From assembly GCA_964199315.1 (NCBI GenBank), contig OZ116710.1, positions 18,166,001 to 18,230,000 on the forward strand: a stretch of DNA of 64,000 nucleotides. The letters run 5' to 3'. Each line of letters starts with the position of its first letter. The first letter of the stretch is position 1. The stretch comes from Orbicella franksi. Its lineage: Eukaryota. The translations under genes were made by a program, and so were the position numbers. The notes under the pieces were generated by a model. The model was given only the letters and a program-made list of their open reading frames with translations, searched no databases and was not told the origin of the DNA. Positions 1 to 10,804 of this stretch are shown one piece after another.

Positions 1-117
1 GAGCTAATTTACATGTTTGGTGTATTGATTATTTCAAACTTTTATGGGCAATATTTGGATACAAACAACAATTGCCGTAGAGCGCACATCGTTCCAACTT
101 GTTTTGTCTGTCTGTAG

Positions 118-3100
118 TCCAACAAGGATGGAGAGGTTGAGACATTTCTTCAGTACCTGTGTTCCAATGATGTTGCCCTTCCTGTGGGGGGTACTGTACG
201 TACGTTGGTACTAAACAAGTACGGAGGTGTAGAGCTGAGCAGCAGTGTGATAAGAAATGCACAAAACAAGTGAGAAAATCAATTTCTTTATTCTACAGAA
301 TTCTGCAATCGTGGGCAAAAGCCTTTGGAACACTTATGTAGTGTAACGGATTATCTGTGTTTTATAACCGAAGTTTAAAAAAGCGCTGTTATCCTTTTAA
401 AAACGCGTTGCTGTTCCCCCTCCCCACCCAATACAATGTTGAAAATAGGAGAAATTGTAGATACTAGTTTTCAACATTGCATGGGGGAGGGGGCGAGGTT
501 AGGCAGGTGAAATTGTTTTCGCGTCGGGCGTGTGCGCAAAAGCGCCAAAAATGCAAATTTGTCCCAAGACTTTTGTCCATGATTGTAGATATCGTAAATC
601 CCCCCTACAATAAAATAGTTTGGAAAACGGGTAATGAGAATACTGGAAATCATCTACCGAGGCATATCTTCTTGATATATCATCAAATTCTCAGCGCACA
701 CTTGAAAAGTTACTGTACTGTTGCACTGCACTGTTAGAGAACACTTTACCATTAGTGGAGCCTTTACTTTGACGTCATATCTGTGACGTCTCTAATAAGG
801 ACACTGTTCCGTCTCTTCGGTGTCCGTTTTAGAGATGTCGATTGTATCTACCGTTGATGTCTCCAAGTTTAACTGTTATCATGCGATGTATTTTTTTTTT
901 TTCAAACAGATTTTTAATTTTGCTGGATGATTCAGAGCGCGTAACCATTGTTCAGTCACTGCTTTCACGTAACATCCCATCGGGCTCTACGATCACATTC
1001 CGTAACATCCAATCAGGATACGTTATTCTGGGGGTACTGGGCCCGAGCTCGCGTCAGCTGCTTCAAAGTCTCACCCAGACCTCTTTGGACGATAGCCAAT
1101 TCCCGGTGAATACTGCAAAGGTGAATACTGCATAATACACTCGTGAATAATATTAGAGCTAAACTGATTTTAAATTCGTAGCACTGTGGAAGGAACGTAC
1201 ATATATTTTTCGAGTCTTTGTTTGGTCCGGAAGACACACTTGTTCGAAATTGAAAGTTGATCCGAAGATAAGTAAAAGAAATAAAAACTGAACGGCCGAC
1301 GAAAACGACTTAAAATAACCGAAACCCTAGCTTGAATTGTCAGTGTAATCTTTGCGATTCGAAGGTGGTTTTAATCGTGGATTAGCTTAATTCACATTTG
1401 CAAAGCTGGCCGTGAAGATGAGAATCTCTTAAGCAAGGAAACCAGTCAGCCAGTCGATCACCCTTTTCAGTTATTATTATGCTTCGCACTTTGAAAACAT
1501 GCTTTATTTTCAGGACATTGACTTGGGCTATGCCTCAGGTGTTAAGGTTTTCAGGACCAGTTGCTTTGGTGACCAGGAAAATGACTGGAAGCTTTTGGTT
1601 CCCTCAGAGGTGAGTTACGTCATCGAACAGATGCTTTGATGTGGTCTTAAGATTTGAACATGTCGTTTGGAGCCGTTCTCAATTGAGTGTCGTAAAACCA
1701 AAACCAAACTACGAACCAGGGTTATGTCTCTGTCACTCGGACCAATCACAAATCACAAAGACAATCCAGCGAACCAATCAAAACTCAAAGCCAATATATG
1801 AAGTCGACGCTACGCGCGGGAAAACTTGTGCAAGAGAGTCACGATTGGTTTTGATGTTACTTTTGATTGGATGAAAACGTGGCGCGAGTTTCTCGGCCAA
1901 TCGCTTCGCTTAATAATGCAAAACTAACGTAAATGCTAATTGCTTTCAACACTCAACCTAAGTGAAAACCGCTTTATATTAAATAATAACTAATTCTGAT
2001 TTAAAGTTGAACTCCCGGTCGAGAGGTCTGGGTTCTAGCCCTTGCCGGGATCTTCTCGTTTTGTTGTTGGGAAAAGTCGCTTTACTCCTGCTCCTGGAAA
2101 TGGGTACCGGTGATCTGTGAGGGAAACCTGACAAAACACAGGAGGCTATCCTATGATCTCCCGTCCGTTTTCCCGATGTAAGGTAACAATTTCGGAACTT
2201 TGCCTCATGCTTTTTTTTCTTCATGCAGTTCGCAGTTTGTTTGTACCGTGATCTTATGGCGGCTGGGAGGGATCTGGGTGTCAGAAACGCGGGTCGTTCA
2301 GTGGTGGACTGCTTACGAATCGAGAGAGTCATTCCTCAGATGGGAAGTGAGCTGTCATCTTTTATCACTCCGTCGGAGGCTGGGATTATGGACAGAGTTC
2401 AACTGAATAAGGTGTAGTGTGAACATTACATTTCAGTACACATTGCTAGGCTCAATCATTGGCTTTAGTTACCAACAAAAGGAATTTTGCTAAGGTTAAA
2501 TTAGTGTTTTTGGCATCTGTGACTTTTCACGTTACAGTGATCATGCAATGGTCAGTATTCCCTAGAACTTTGCGTGACGAGCCAAATAACTGGTACGAAA
2601 CGAAGGAAGCAAGGAGATGAGAGAACTTTGTTTTAACTTCGTTGTTCGTGAGACCATTTGAGAAAACTTATCTCTGTAGTCGTCAATTTTGACGGCGCTT
2701 ATAAAACTACAAGCGTCAAAGTGCAACATACGGAAATTTTTACAGAAAATAGGAATGGTATAGGGCTGTTTCGTTATTTTGAGAATGCTCCTTTTCACCT
2801 AGCGATCACTCAGGCTGTGTTTTCACCTGCACAAAAAGAATGTAAAATTCTTAGCTAAGCCATGCGGTGTGAAGCACAAAATAACGAAAGTCAGGAATTA
2901 TTAAACACATAGAATGCAATAACTTGTAACTTCTGCGTAAGGGTACTATGGCTTCTGGGACAGAAAGGCGCTTTGCACTGTCGTCTCACCTGTGTAAGTT
3001 GTCCTTTTCTTATCGCCGGCACCACCACCATCACCATCACTATCTCTAATTCCATTTGAATTCTGCAAAACCGTGATCATCCGGATTTCTCCGGCTTCGC

Positions 3101-3442
3101 TCAACGAACAACTCCTTTTCTTGCCGCTTTCTTTCTCAGAATTGTGATTTTATCGGAAAGCGAGCACTTCTTGATGGTCAAGACCAACCACAAAAGAAAC
3201 GCCTCGTACATATTGCTCTTCAAAGCCACGACGACGGCAATTACCCGTGGGGAGGGGAGCCGATTCTAAGAAATGGCTCGTCAGCGGGATCAACAACGAG
3301 TGCTTGTTACAGCTTCAAGTTCGGCCGCCCAGTGTGTCTAGGATACTTGCAGGGAGAGGGACAGGACGCTGTTGTCCAAGATGGCCGATTTGAGATCGAC
3401 ATAGCTGGGAATTTGTTCCCTGTTTCGGTTTCTTTGCAGTGA
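118..3442 (+). CDS. PDPR: 3' part (last 5 exons) of a divergent pyruvate dehydrogenase phosphatase regulatory subunit-like / sarcosine-dimethylglycine dehydrogenase-family protein (GcvT folate-binding + GcvT_C domains); 5' exons lie upstream of the window
   Basis: Exons 118-269, 910-1120, 1514-1609, 2229-2411, 3140-3442 all have AG/GT boundaries, compatible phases (2,0,0,0) and end at TGA 3440-3442. Translation includes FLQYLCSNDV..PVGG, LGVLGPSSRQLL, LGYASGVKV, GVRNAG...LRIER, DFIGKRALL, PWGGEPILRNG, GSTTSACYS, VCLGY, FEIDIAG. This follows the recalled PDPR order LQYLFSND / LIGPRA / VGYANGIRV / GIRNAG..LRIEK / DFIGRDAL / PWWGEPIYRNG / YEIDIAG. PDPR orthology versus a paralogue is not settled. 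Confidence 0.85.
304..587. mobile_element. MITE-like element with imperfect terminal inverted repeats and an internal hairpin (about 417-491)
   Basis: Left end tgcaatcgtgggcaaaagcctttggaaca matches the reverse complement of the right end (tacaatcatggacaaaagtcttgggacaa). Internal arms cccctcccca..caatgttgaaaa and ttttcaacattgcatggggagggg. Confidence 0.6.
1668..1976. mobile_element. MITE, TAGAGCGGTTTTCA-terminus family, degenerate copy in reverse orientation, in a PDPR intron
   Basis: Ends tggagccgttctcaattgagtgtcg ... gtgaaaaccgcttta. The interior is the reverse complement of the interiors at 18139-18413 and 63680-63952. Confidence 0.7.
2010..2180 (+). mobile_element. Degenerate tRNA-derived SINE fragment
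   Basis: B-box-like ggttctagccc followed by gttttgttgttgggaaaagtcgctttactc...aaatgggtaccgg, homologous to the copies at 32845, 48205 and 50080. Confidence 0.55.
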
Positions 3443-3470
3443 ATTAAACAAACACCTAAAGTACAGAGTA

Positions 3471-3622
3471 TAGAGCGGTTTTCATTTGAGTGTCGAAAGT
3501 AATTAGACAATTACTTTGGTTTTGGTTTGGGTTTTACTACGGTTTGAGATTGGCTGAGTAGTCTAATTGGTAAGTAATTGATTTGGTTTTGGTTTTACGA
3601 CACTCAATTGAAAACCGCTCTA
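3471..3622. mobile_element. Short (152 bp) MITE with 25-bp TIRs in the PDPR 3' UTR region
   Basis: tagagcggttttcatttgagtgtcg at 3471 and cgacactcaattgaaaaccgctcta ending at 3622 are inverted repeats with 1 mismatch; TA at both ends. Confidence 0.85.
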
Positions 3623-4248
3623 TTGAAGATAGTTTTGGAATTTCCATAATTCAAGTAGCTTAGAGTCTTAATTTCTTTTTTTTACATAGTAGTGGTCTTA
3701 GTTAGGAATTTTCAAGTCTAGGATTTAGCGTATTTTTCACATTGTTGGAAAAAGGTTTGGGTATTTGTGGATGTCATTTTTTGATGGCAATTACGCTGCA
3801 CAGAGGAACTTATATAATAAACGATTTTAACTCAAATGTATTTTTGTACTGTAACGAAAACCGAAATAAATGTCCTCAAGGAGGGTCGAAAGGTGAAGAA
3901 AAATAAGAATCAAATAAGGAATTTGTTTGAATCCGAGAAATTTTTATCTTATTACTCTGTAATTTTTATGAATTATTTAACAATGTGTACGCAATTCTGA
4001 ATATTACCTTTTGTGGCGATATTTAAATGAAATGTTCTTCAGAGAAGTAGGCATGCATGACTCTGAAAAGTGTTGATCACTCAGTTTCTCACATGCTTTT
4101 AAAAAAGTGTGAAAGTAGAATGTATATAGACAGTTAATAAAATAGTTTTACTTGAGATGAAGCTTTTGATCTCTAATAACCTTCAGTTTTGAAACTGCAG
4201 AAAGTGATCGCCATATCTCCTTGTGCGCGTGACTGGCAGTGGTATTAT

Positions 4249-4483
4249 AAGGAGCTACGTCACAGTTTGAGCATCTTAAAAAGTTTAGACTAAATTTTTC
4301 AAGTTGGTCGTTTGTAAGCCGTGTTAATCTTCTTCATCCTTAACCATCCTTGTTCTCATATGGTATATTATTATCTCTTTCGTGTTTTACCATCTTAGTA
4401 AGCTGCCATTTTCAGGCTTCCTTTAATTTAGGGGTAATTTTGTACGCAGCCAAAATACTCAAAATACCGTGACTGAGCTCCTT
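4249..4483. mobile_element. MITE with AAGGAGCT...GTCAC termini (Kolobok-like type, degenerate)
   Basis: Left aaggagctacgtcacagtttgagcat versus the reverse complement of the right end, aaggagctcagtcacggtattttgagtatt. Confidence 0.55.
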
Positions 4484-4748
4484 CTAGGCACTGATCACAA
4501 ATTTAATGTTGCCCCTGATTTACGACCGAGTGTCTGAATTTTTTGAATAAATAAGGTTCTAATGTTAGCCACCCTAGTTGAGGGAGAAAACGTCTTCCAC
4601 GTCCCAATAAGTTGTTCACTCTAATGAATTTTAATTATTATTATTTTAATTTAAAAATGAAAGCTATTAAGCAGTACTTTCATTCCGCAGAAGGTGGTTG
4701 GTGAAAGTTTCGGGTTTTTCTTCCCGTTTAGAAATATTTATTTTGGGG

Positions 4749-7254
4749 TTAAAACATGTCGGTCAATTTTTTCTTGTACCACGCTCGTTGCATTTTTTCG
4801 TCTCTTTTCTGCTTTGTTTCAGTAAATTTAGCCGCCGCCTCTTCCCTCAATCGATCCTCTCGTGCCAAGGCTTCCTTATCCTTAGCTCGCAGCCACTCCT
4901 GATATTTTCTCACCGCCTCGGCCTTTCTTTCCTCGCTATGCTCGCTCTCGGCGGTTTTTTCCTTGAAAAATTCCTGGTTTTTGAACTCGCTCTTTTCTTC
5001 AAGCCACATTTGGAATGTCTTTCCAGTTAATTGTCTCCTGTTAGCCTCTCTCTCTTTAGTCATGGCGTCCTTCTTCGCTTTTCCTGCCAATATTGTTTGG
5101 TTTCTGACCAATTGCGCCTCTTTATCGGTTAGCCACATCTCAAATGTTTTCCGACGATTCGACGTTTGCGCCTGCAAAAAGCGCGCGAGCTTTTCGTTTT
5201 CATCGTCGGATGACGAGTCGTCATCGTCATCGTCGTCAGACACATCAAAGTGGTCTAACTGGTTTTTCCTGATTGTCTTCCATATGTTCCAGGGCTTGCT
5301 TTCGCGGGATTCATAGTGTGACATTAGGAAGTCTTTCATCTGGCTGCTCATTTGTCTGAAATTAGAAATATTTTTTCCTACTCAGTGCATTTCTGAAGAT
5401 ATGTTCTTCGGGAAACATATTTATTTCTATGCGTTGAGGGCCGTACTGAAAAGGTTAAGCCAAATATAAACCTCATCGAATATTTTGCTGCCAAAAAAAA
5501 AAATAAATAACACGTTCAACTGAACCCAAAAGTCAGGCAGTTTTCGTTAAGGAGAGAAAAGCTCAGGGACGAGTTACAATTGCTAGTTTAACAATGCAGA
5601 AACAGAAAGTTTCCTATTCTCTCTTGTAATTTCAAATGCACATCTGCAACTCTCTGTTGTTTGCAGACGGGCCATAGTAGGGTGCTACCTCTACTACTGC
5701 CACCGATTCAAATCCTACAGTTTTATTTTCTCTTCCTCCTTACCCTACATACCTGTTCCCATTCTCTCCCACGTGCAAGCTCATGGCCCTTCTCCTCGGT
5801 TCAGGTGAGCCCGCAGGCGAGCTGTACGTACGGATCGCCTGTGTTCTCATCAGCGGAGTAGTGGGAGACCTCGGGCGAGGTAACAAGGGAGACTTGGGAC
5901 GGGGATGCAATGGAGATCTGGGGCTGAGGATAGGACTTCCTGGCCTCTCCGGGTTGAGAAGCGATGGAACGAGTTTACGACCCAAGCGCGGAGAATTCAT
6001 AGGTGATGAGGTTGGGGTGTTCACTTTAGGTAGCTTTTCCTCAACCTGTTTGACCACCGGGATAGGTTTGCCAGTCAACGGTCTTATTTCTTCGACGCAT
6101 GTGCGCACAGAACCTGCAGAAGAAGGTCTATCATGGTTGTTTAGTGACCGGCAGGCTCTTAATGGCATGTGCAGCTTGAGCTGAGGATTGGAACCTCTAT
6201 GTAACATCCTTTGGGGTACAGCACGTGCAGGAATAGGTCCTTCGCTGAACTCTTCTTTGTTTTCCTTTCGTTGATTGACTTCTTCTCTCTCCAGTTCGTC
6301 CCTCACCTTGTACATGATGTCGTCAACTGTTGACCTCGCTGGTTTTTCTTTTGATTCATTTTGGTGAGTCATGTCTTGTTTAGATTCCTCGACTTGATCG
6401 GTCTTCGTGTCATTTGCCTGGTGTTTCTGGCCGTTAGCGCGTAACTCGTCTTCCCCAATGCCTTTAATGTCAGCCTCCAACGTTTTGCCGATGGCGGACT
6501 GGCTTTCTGAAACTTCCTGGGACTGTAGTTCCACGTACTGGTTTAGTAGTTTCACCAGATCATGTTGGTTGGTGTTTTTAGCCATATCCATAGGCGTGAC
6601 TCCCTGACGGTCAGCTCTGGATAGCAGCGACGAACCATCGTTCATGAAGATTGCCGCCGCGCAAGAGAAGTTCCCGCCTGCTACCGCGGCGTGTAGAAGC
6701 GTGCGACCGCTGCATTGCACGGTTTTTTTTACGTCAATTTTCACATCTCCGTTCAACAAGTCCTGCAACAATTCACCGTCTCCTTTTTGCGCTGCTATGA
6801 AAGCTGCGACGAAAGCTCTCTCTTCGCTCGAGATCTGATTCATCTTGATGAAAATGCGTTTGAATATCTGCCGATCATCCCGCTTCATACACCGGTCCAC
6901 GAAGCGCTGCCACCATGGGGGAATGCTGAGCTCAAACGTCATTCCTTCACCACCGTCCTCCTCACCGGCTCCCCCACGGGCGGGTTGCGCCTCGATGTCC
7001 GCCATCTTTATCTCATCATTGAGTTCAATAGCTTTGTTGTCACCTCGATTGTGTACAAGTGTAAACAAGTCTGACGGAACACCGCTATTTACCTCGACCA
7101 TCATTTTCAAATCGCGCACATTCGTCGAGCGCTTGGCTTGAAAACTTAAAGTTTCTCCTGTCGGTAGCTGAACATGGACTTGAGCGGGGACTTGATAAAC
7201 GTCACTGTGTTCTTTCGTCGATTCTGTTTTACTGCTTTGCCTCTGTTCTTCCAT
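4749..7254 (-). CDS. ANKUB1-like paralogue 1: ubiquitin-like domain + ankyrin repeats + Ser/Pro-rich IDR + C-terminal CCDC34/CCDC181/MAP9-like W-repeat helix; 2 exons, about 702 aa
   Basis: Exon 1 7254-5753 ends AAC AG|gtatgt. Exon 2 5355-4749 starts tttcag|A CAA ATG. This joins the 504-aa and 200-aa ORFs in frame at phase 2 (Arg split). UBL-like VHVQLPTGETLSF..NVRDLK..GVPSD; ankyrin-like GRTLLHAAVAGGN and GVTPMDMA. AATAAA (minus strand) lies 7 nt after the stop. Confidence 0.85.
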
Positions 7255-8277
7255 TGTCTCGATCTCCTTCCTTTGAATTTCTTTCCACGGACTTTTCTAT
7301 CCCGTCAGTTAGCTGTCTTTATCTTCCAAGTTGGTTTCGTTGATTACATATTTCTACTTGTCGATTTTAAGACTTTGCTATCTCTACACCACCGCGATCT
7401 CTGGTTGTGTTTCTAACTTGAGTGAAATGATATCTTCTTAAAAGCGTCTCCAATTACCCGACAGGTATTACAGATAATTAGAGATATTGCCCAGTCACCG
7501 AGAAACAAACGACTTTTTTCAGTCCGCGTAAGAAGACACTGTGGAAAATTTGTAGTATTCACTTGGGAAAGAGGTAATCTTATTAAGTTCTGTGTTTGCG
7601 TGTTTAACATGAGCGCTTTTAAGGAGATTGAAAACATAAAGAATAACAAATAATACACTCAAAGCCGGTAACCCCCAAGGGGCCTAAAAAATGGCTTAAT
7701 ATCTGTTTTGCTTTATGTACTTTAGTTAACGATTCGTGATATACTACGCGACCAATCAAAGAACAAGCAACCTTGTCTGAGTAACTATTGTGATGTAAAA
7801 TATGTAACTTTTATTATGTTCGCAAACAAACTTACCAATATCATTTGCGGTTTGGTCTTTTATTTTTATTCCCCCTCAGTATGTCATTTAGTTGATTGTC
7901 GGATTAAATGGAAGCATCTAATGGTTTAATATTTACATTTTCGTGTAAGGAATTTCTATCGGTCTGTCTTTCTAACCAGAGTGCTCACTGTTTAACGAAC
8001 AACTACTGTTTTGTTTTAAAAAACAAAGTGATTGTCCGTGACTAAAAAAACGCGAAGCAAACTGACGTAATTGTCAGAGCTGACAAACGGAACAAAAGAT
8101 GACGAATTTCATGGATTTAGTTGAGAAAGGGAAACCTTAACAAGCACTCAAACACATCACAGGCTTTCCCTTTACGTAGCCTGATTCCTACAAACAAAGA
8201 TACTTCTGATCATTTGCCTAGGCTCATATCTGGCAAGGAAAGACAATAACCGGTAACTGTTTTGTAAATGATATTAA

Positions 8278-8401
8278 GACTGACTGACTGTCCTACTGAC
8301 GAACTGTTTGTCTGCCTGCCTAACTGACTGCCTGACCGACTGCCTGATCGGCTGACTGACTGACTGACCGACTGACTGACCGACCGACCAGCTGACGGAC
8401 G
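8278..8401. repeat. Degenerate (CTGA/CCGA)n tetranucleotide microsatellite
   Basis: gactgactgactg...ctgactgactgactgaccgactgactgaccgaccgacc. Confidence 0.85.
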
Positions 8402-8860
8402 CTATACACTACTTTTCATTCATCCTTGCAGGTTCTTGCTCCCATTATCAGCTGCTTCAAAGCTCAATTGGCGAAGCATTGTACTTGTGCACTTAATTTG
8501 TTTTCAGGCTTTTTCTTCATTACGAGTCTAATCGTATGCAAAATTCTCCACGGTAGTGGTTATCCACGTGCCTATTTGTCGTGTAATCGGCCTGCGATCA
8601 CGTGGGTGTCCAATTTCAGGCATCCAATTACAACTGTTTTCTCATTGGATACCTACGCCATGAGCACGTCAACTTTTTGAAACTTATGGAAAATAATACT
8701 GGCTTTTTCTATTAAAAGGAGTTGAAAACACATCTTCAATCTCGAAATTCGTTATTGATGCGATTAATTCTTCTTCACTTTTCATTCTATCCACAATTCA
8801 TGTGCTGCAAAATTTCAACAGTTCCGTTATAATCCTTCCCCGGTTACGGTTATAAGCACT

Positions 8861-9107
8861 CCTGGACCGGGTTGTTCAAAGCCTGATTAAGCTAATCCAG
8901 GATTAGCGAGATTTTTTATTTCAGTTTTGTAGTTTTTCCGTGAGGTTTTCTGTTTGTATTATTTGTCCTTCAGCTTTGAGCTTGCGTAATCTCGAAACAC
9001 ACAAAACATAAGCAGTGGAAAACATTTCGACACAACAAACATTGATATTTCGGTTAAATTTTAATCCTGGGATAGCGTTAACCAGCTTTCGCACAACCCG
9101 GCCCTGG
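8861..9107. mobile_element. MITE with TIRs of about 45 bp
   Basis: cctggaccgggttgttcaaagcctgattaagctaatccaggatta versus the reverse complement of the right end, ccagggccgggttgtgcgaaagctggttaacgctatcccaggatta. Confidence 0.8.
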
Positions 9108-9507
9108 TTTCTGGTGAGTCTGTCATCTAAAGATGAATGATATATCCCGATTATAAGGGCTCGCCTCCAATTTTTCCTTGTGAACCTATTAGCGTCCTGG
9201 CAGAGAAAGGGCAAATCAAGTTTGCATGCAGAATTCAATCAAAACTTTAAACCAGGTTAGCTGTCACGCAATATATTTTTCACTCTCTACTCCACAGAGG
9301 CCTCTTTCGTACTGCCTTGACCGTGTAGGCCGGCAATTTAGAGGCTGGGGGGAGGGAATAAAGAAAACACGTAGGAAACGCTCTCATCGTCTTTCCCTGC
9401 GCGCTCTCTCATTTCCCTTTTCCCCTTCCCCTCCCCTAGGAAGCTTAAGTCCCCAGTGACCAAAACCCCTTACAAATTTGATTAATCCCAGGGTCTATAA
9501 CCGGCAT

Positions 9508-9841
9508 TATAATCCATCTAATATTTTCGCTCGCGCGCGATTGGTCTAAACGCATCACGTGACTGAATATTTCCCAGCTAAAACTGGGGAATATCCGAGT
9601 GATATTCCCCAATTTTTCATACCGCGCGTGTTGCGAAAAACATTTGAAGGATTCTAAACATAATAGCCTCCATTTGGTACGGAAATATGCTGGGATATTT
9701 GTCCTTGGACATTATGTGTTCCTCAAAACTCACAGTTTTCCTCGAGCTACGCTCTCGGAAAACGGTTCGCTTCTCGGGACAGATAATGTCCGCGGACACA
9801 TATCTAGCATATTTCTGCGCCAGATGGAGGCTATTGTTTAT
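9508..9841. repeat. Interspersed repeat containing an imperfect palindrome of about 186 bp (9656-9841)
   Basis: aaaca(t)aatagcctccatttggtacggaaatatgctgggatatttgtccttggacattatg matches the reverse complement of the right arm (aaacaatagcctccatctggcgcagaaatatgctagatatgtgtccgcggacattatc). The centre is gagctacgctctc. Small overlapping ORFs on both strands are by-products of the palindrome. Confidence 0.75.
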
Positions 9842-10804
9842 TTATACGAAAAAGTCTCATTCATATTCATCATTTTGTCTAGACACATGACGGGCGTAAA
9901 CTTTTCAGTATCAAAACCCTATAGTTTTATTCAATCAACCATAAAGCAAATATATTTGTACATGTAATAATTAGCAGCTGTAAGAGATTTCATTAAATAT
10001 ATTAATTTGTTTTCTGAAAATGCGATTGTTTACAAAGCATACTTTTAACCTATCTAACATTCTTCATCATTCTATAACTGGCTTTCAGTAGAACGCTGTA
10101 TATAAGAGTTGCAGTAATCACTCAACCAATAAATCAGTCATTTGATTTTGCTTTCTGATCTACATATCGGCCTTCGCAGTGTTTGTTAGCTACTCCGGGA
10201 ATTATCACCACTTGAGACTGACTTTGCAGTCGTGGAAAAGTTCCATTTTAGATCGGAATCCTGTATCAGAAACTAAATTGATTCACAGTTTGCGTTGGAT
10301 TGGTTGTTACGTAATATGGCGTGTGTTTGTCACGACAAGCTGACGTAACAACAAAATGTCATTGCGTTTAATTGCTCGTGCAGAAGTCGCGCAATAGAGA
10401 CCTTTAGAGCCGACGACGACTTCGAGATTTTCTGCTTGCACCTAATTAGCGCACTAGCTTTTACGTCGTTTCGCAACTCTGTCAGGTCGCCCACTGCTCG
10501 TCGGCAACACGATCACTCGCAAAACTCGATAGAACTGAGGTCAACTTACTCTGGGTAAACTCAAACTTGTCATCGGATCTAAAACTCAATGGCTGTGTTT
10601 CCTCGACCGCGTAGTACTAATAAGGAAGTCAGTGTTATCCTGTAAAAAACAAAACTTTAACACTCATTAGAATTAAAAGAGATTAACGGCTGAATAGATC
10701 ACCGGCAAACCATCCAGTGTCAGAGTATGGTATGCCTGTGATTTCAGTCTCGGTGCCAGGCCTCGCATTCCTTCATGGTAGCGATAGATTCCAGCCTCAC
10801 TCTG

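Noticed and set aside
2985-3130. Apparent minus-strand exon (MITVLQNSNGIRDSDGDGGGAGDKKRTTYT|gtgaga) and a (CAC/CAT)n run
   Set aside because: It lies in the last PDPR intron and abuts the plus-strand terminal exon. No downstream minus-strand exons were found, and the Gly/Asp run is just the antisense of a short trinucleotide repeat.
4698-7141. Plus-strand ORFs of 110-133 aa overlapping paralogue 1 (similar ones overlap paralogues 2 and 3)
   Set aside because: Antisense shadows of E/K/S-rich coding sequence (S/F/L-rich translations) with no independent splice or homology support.
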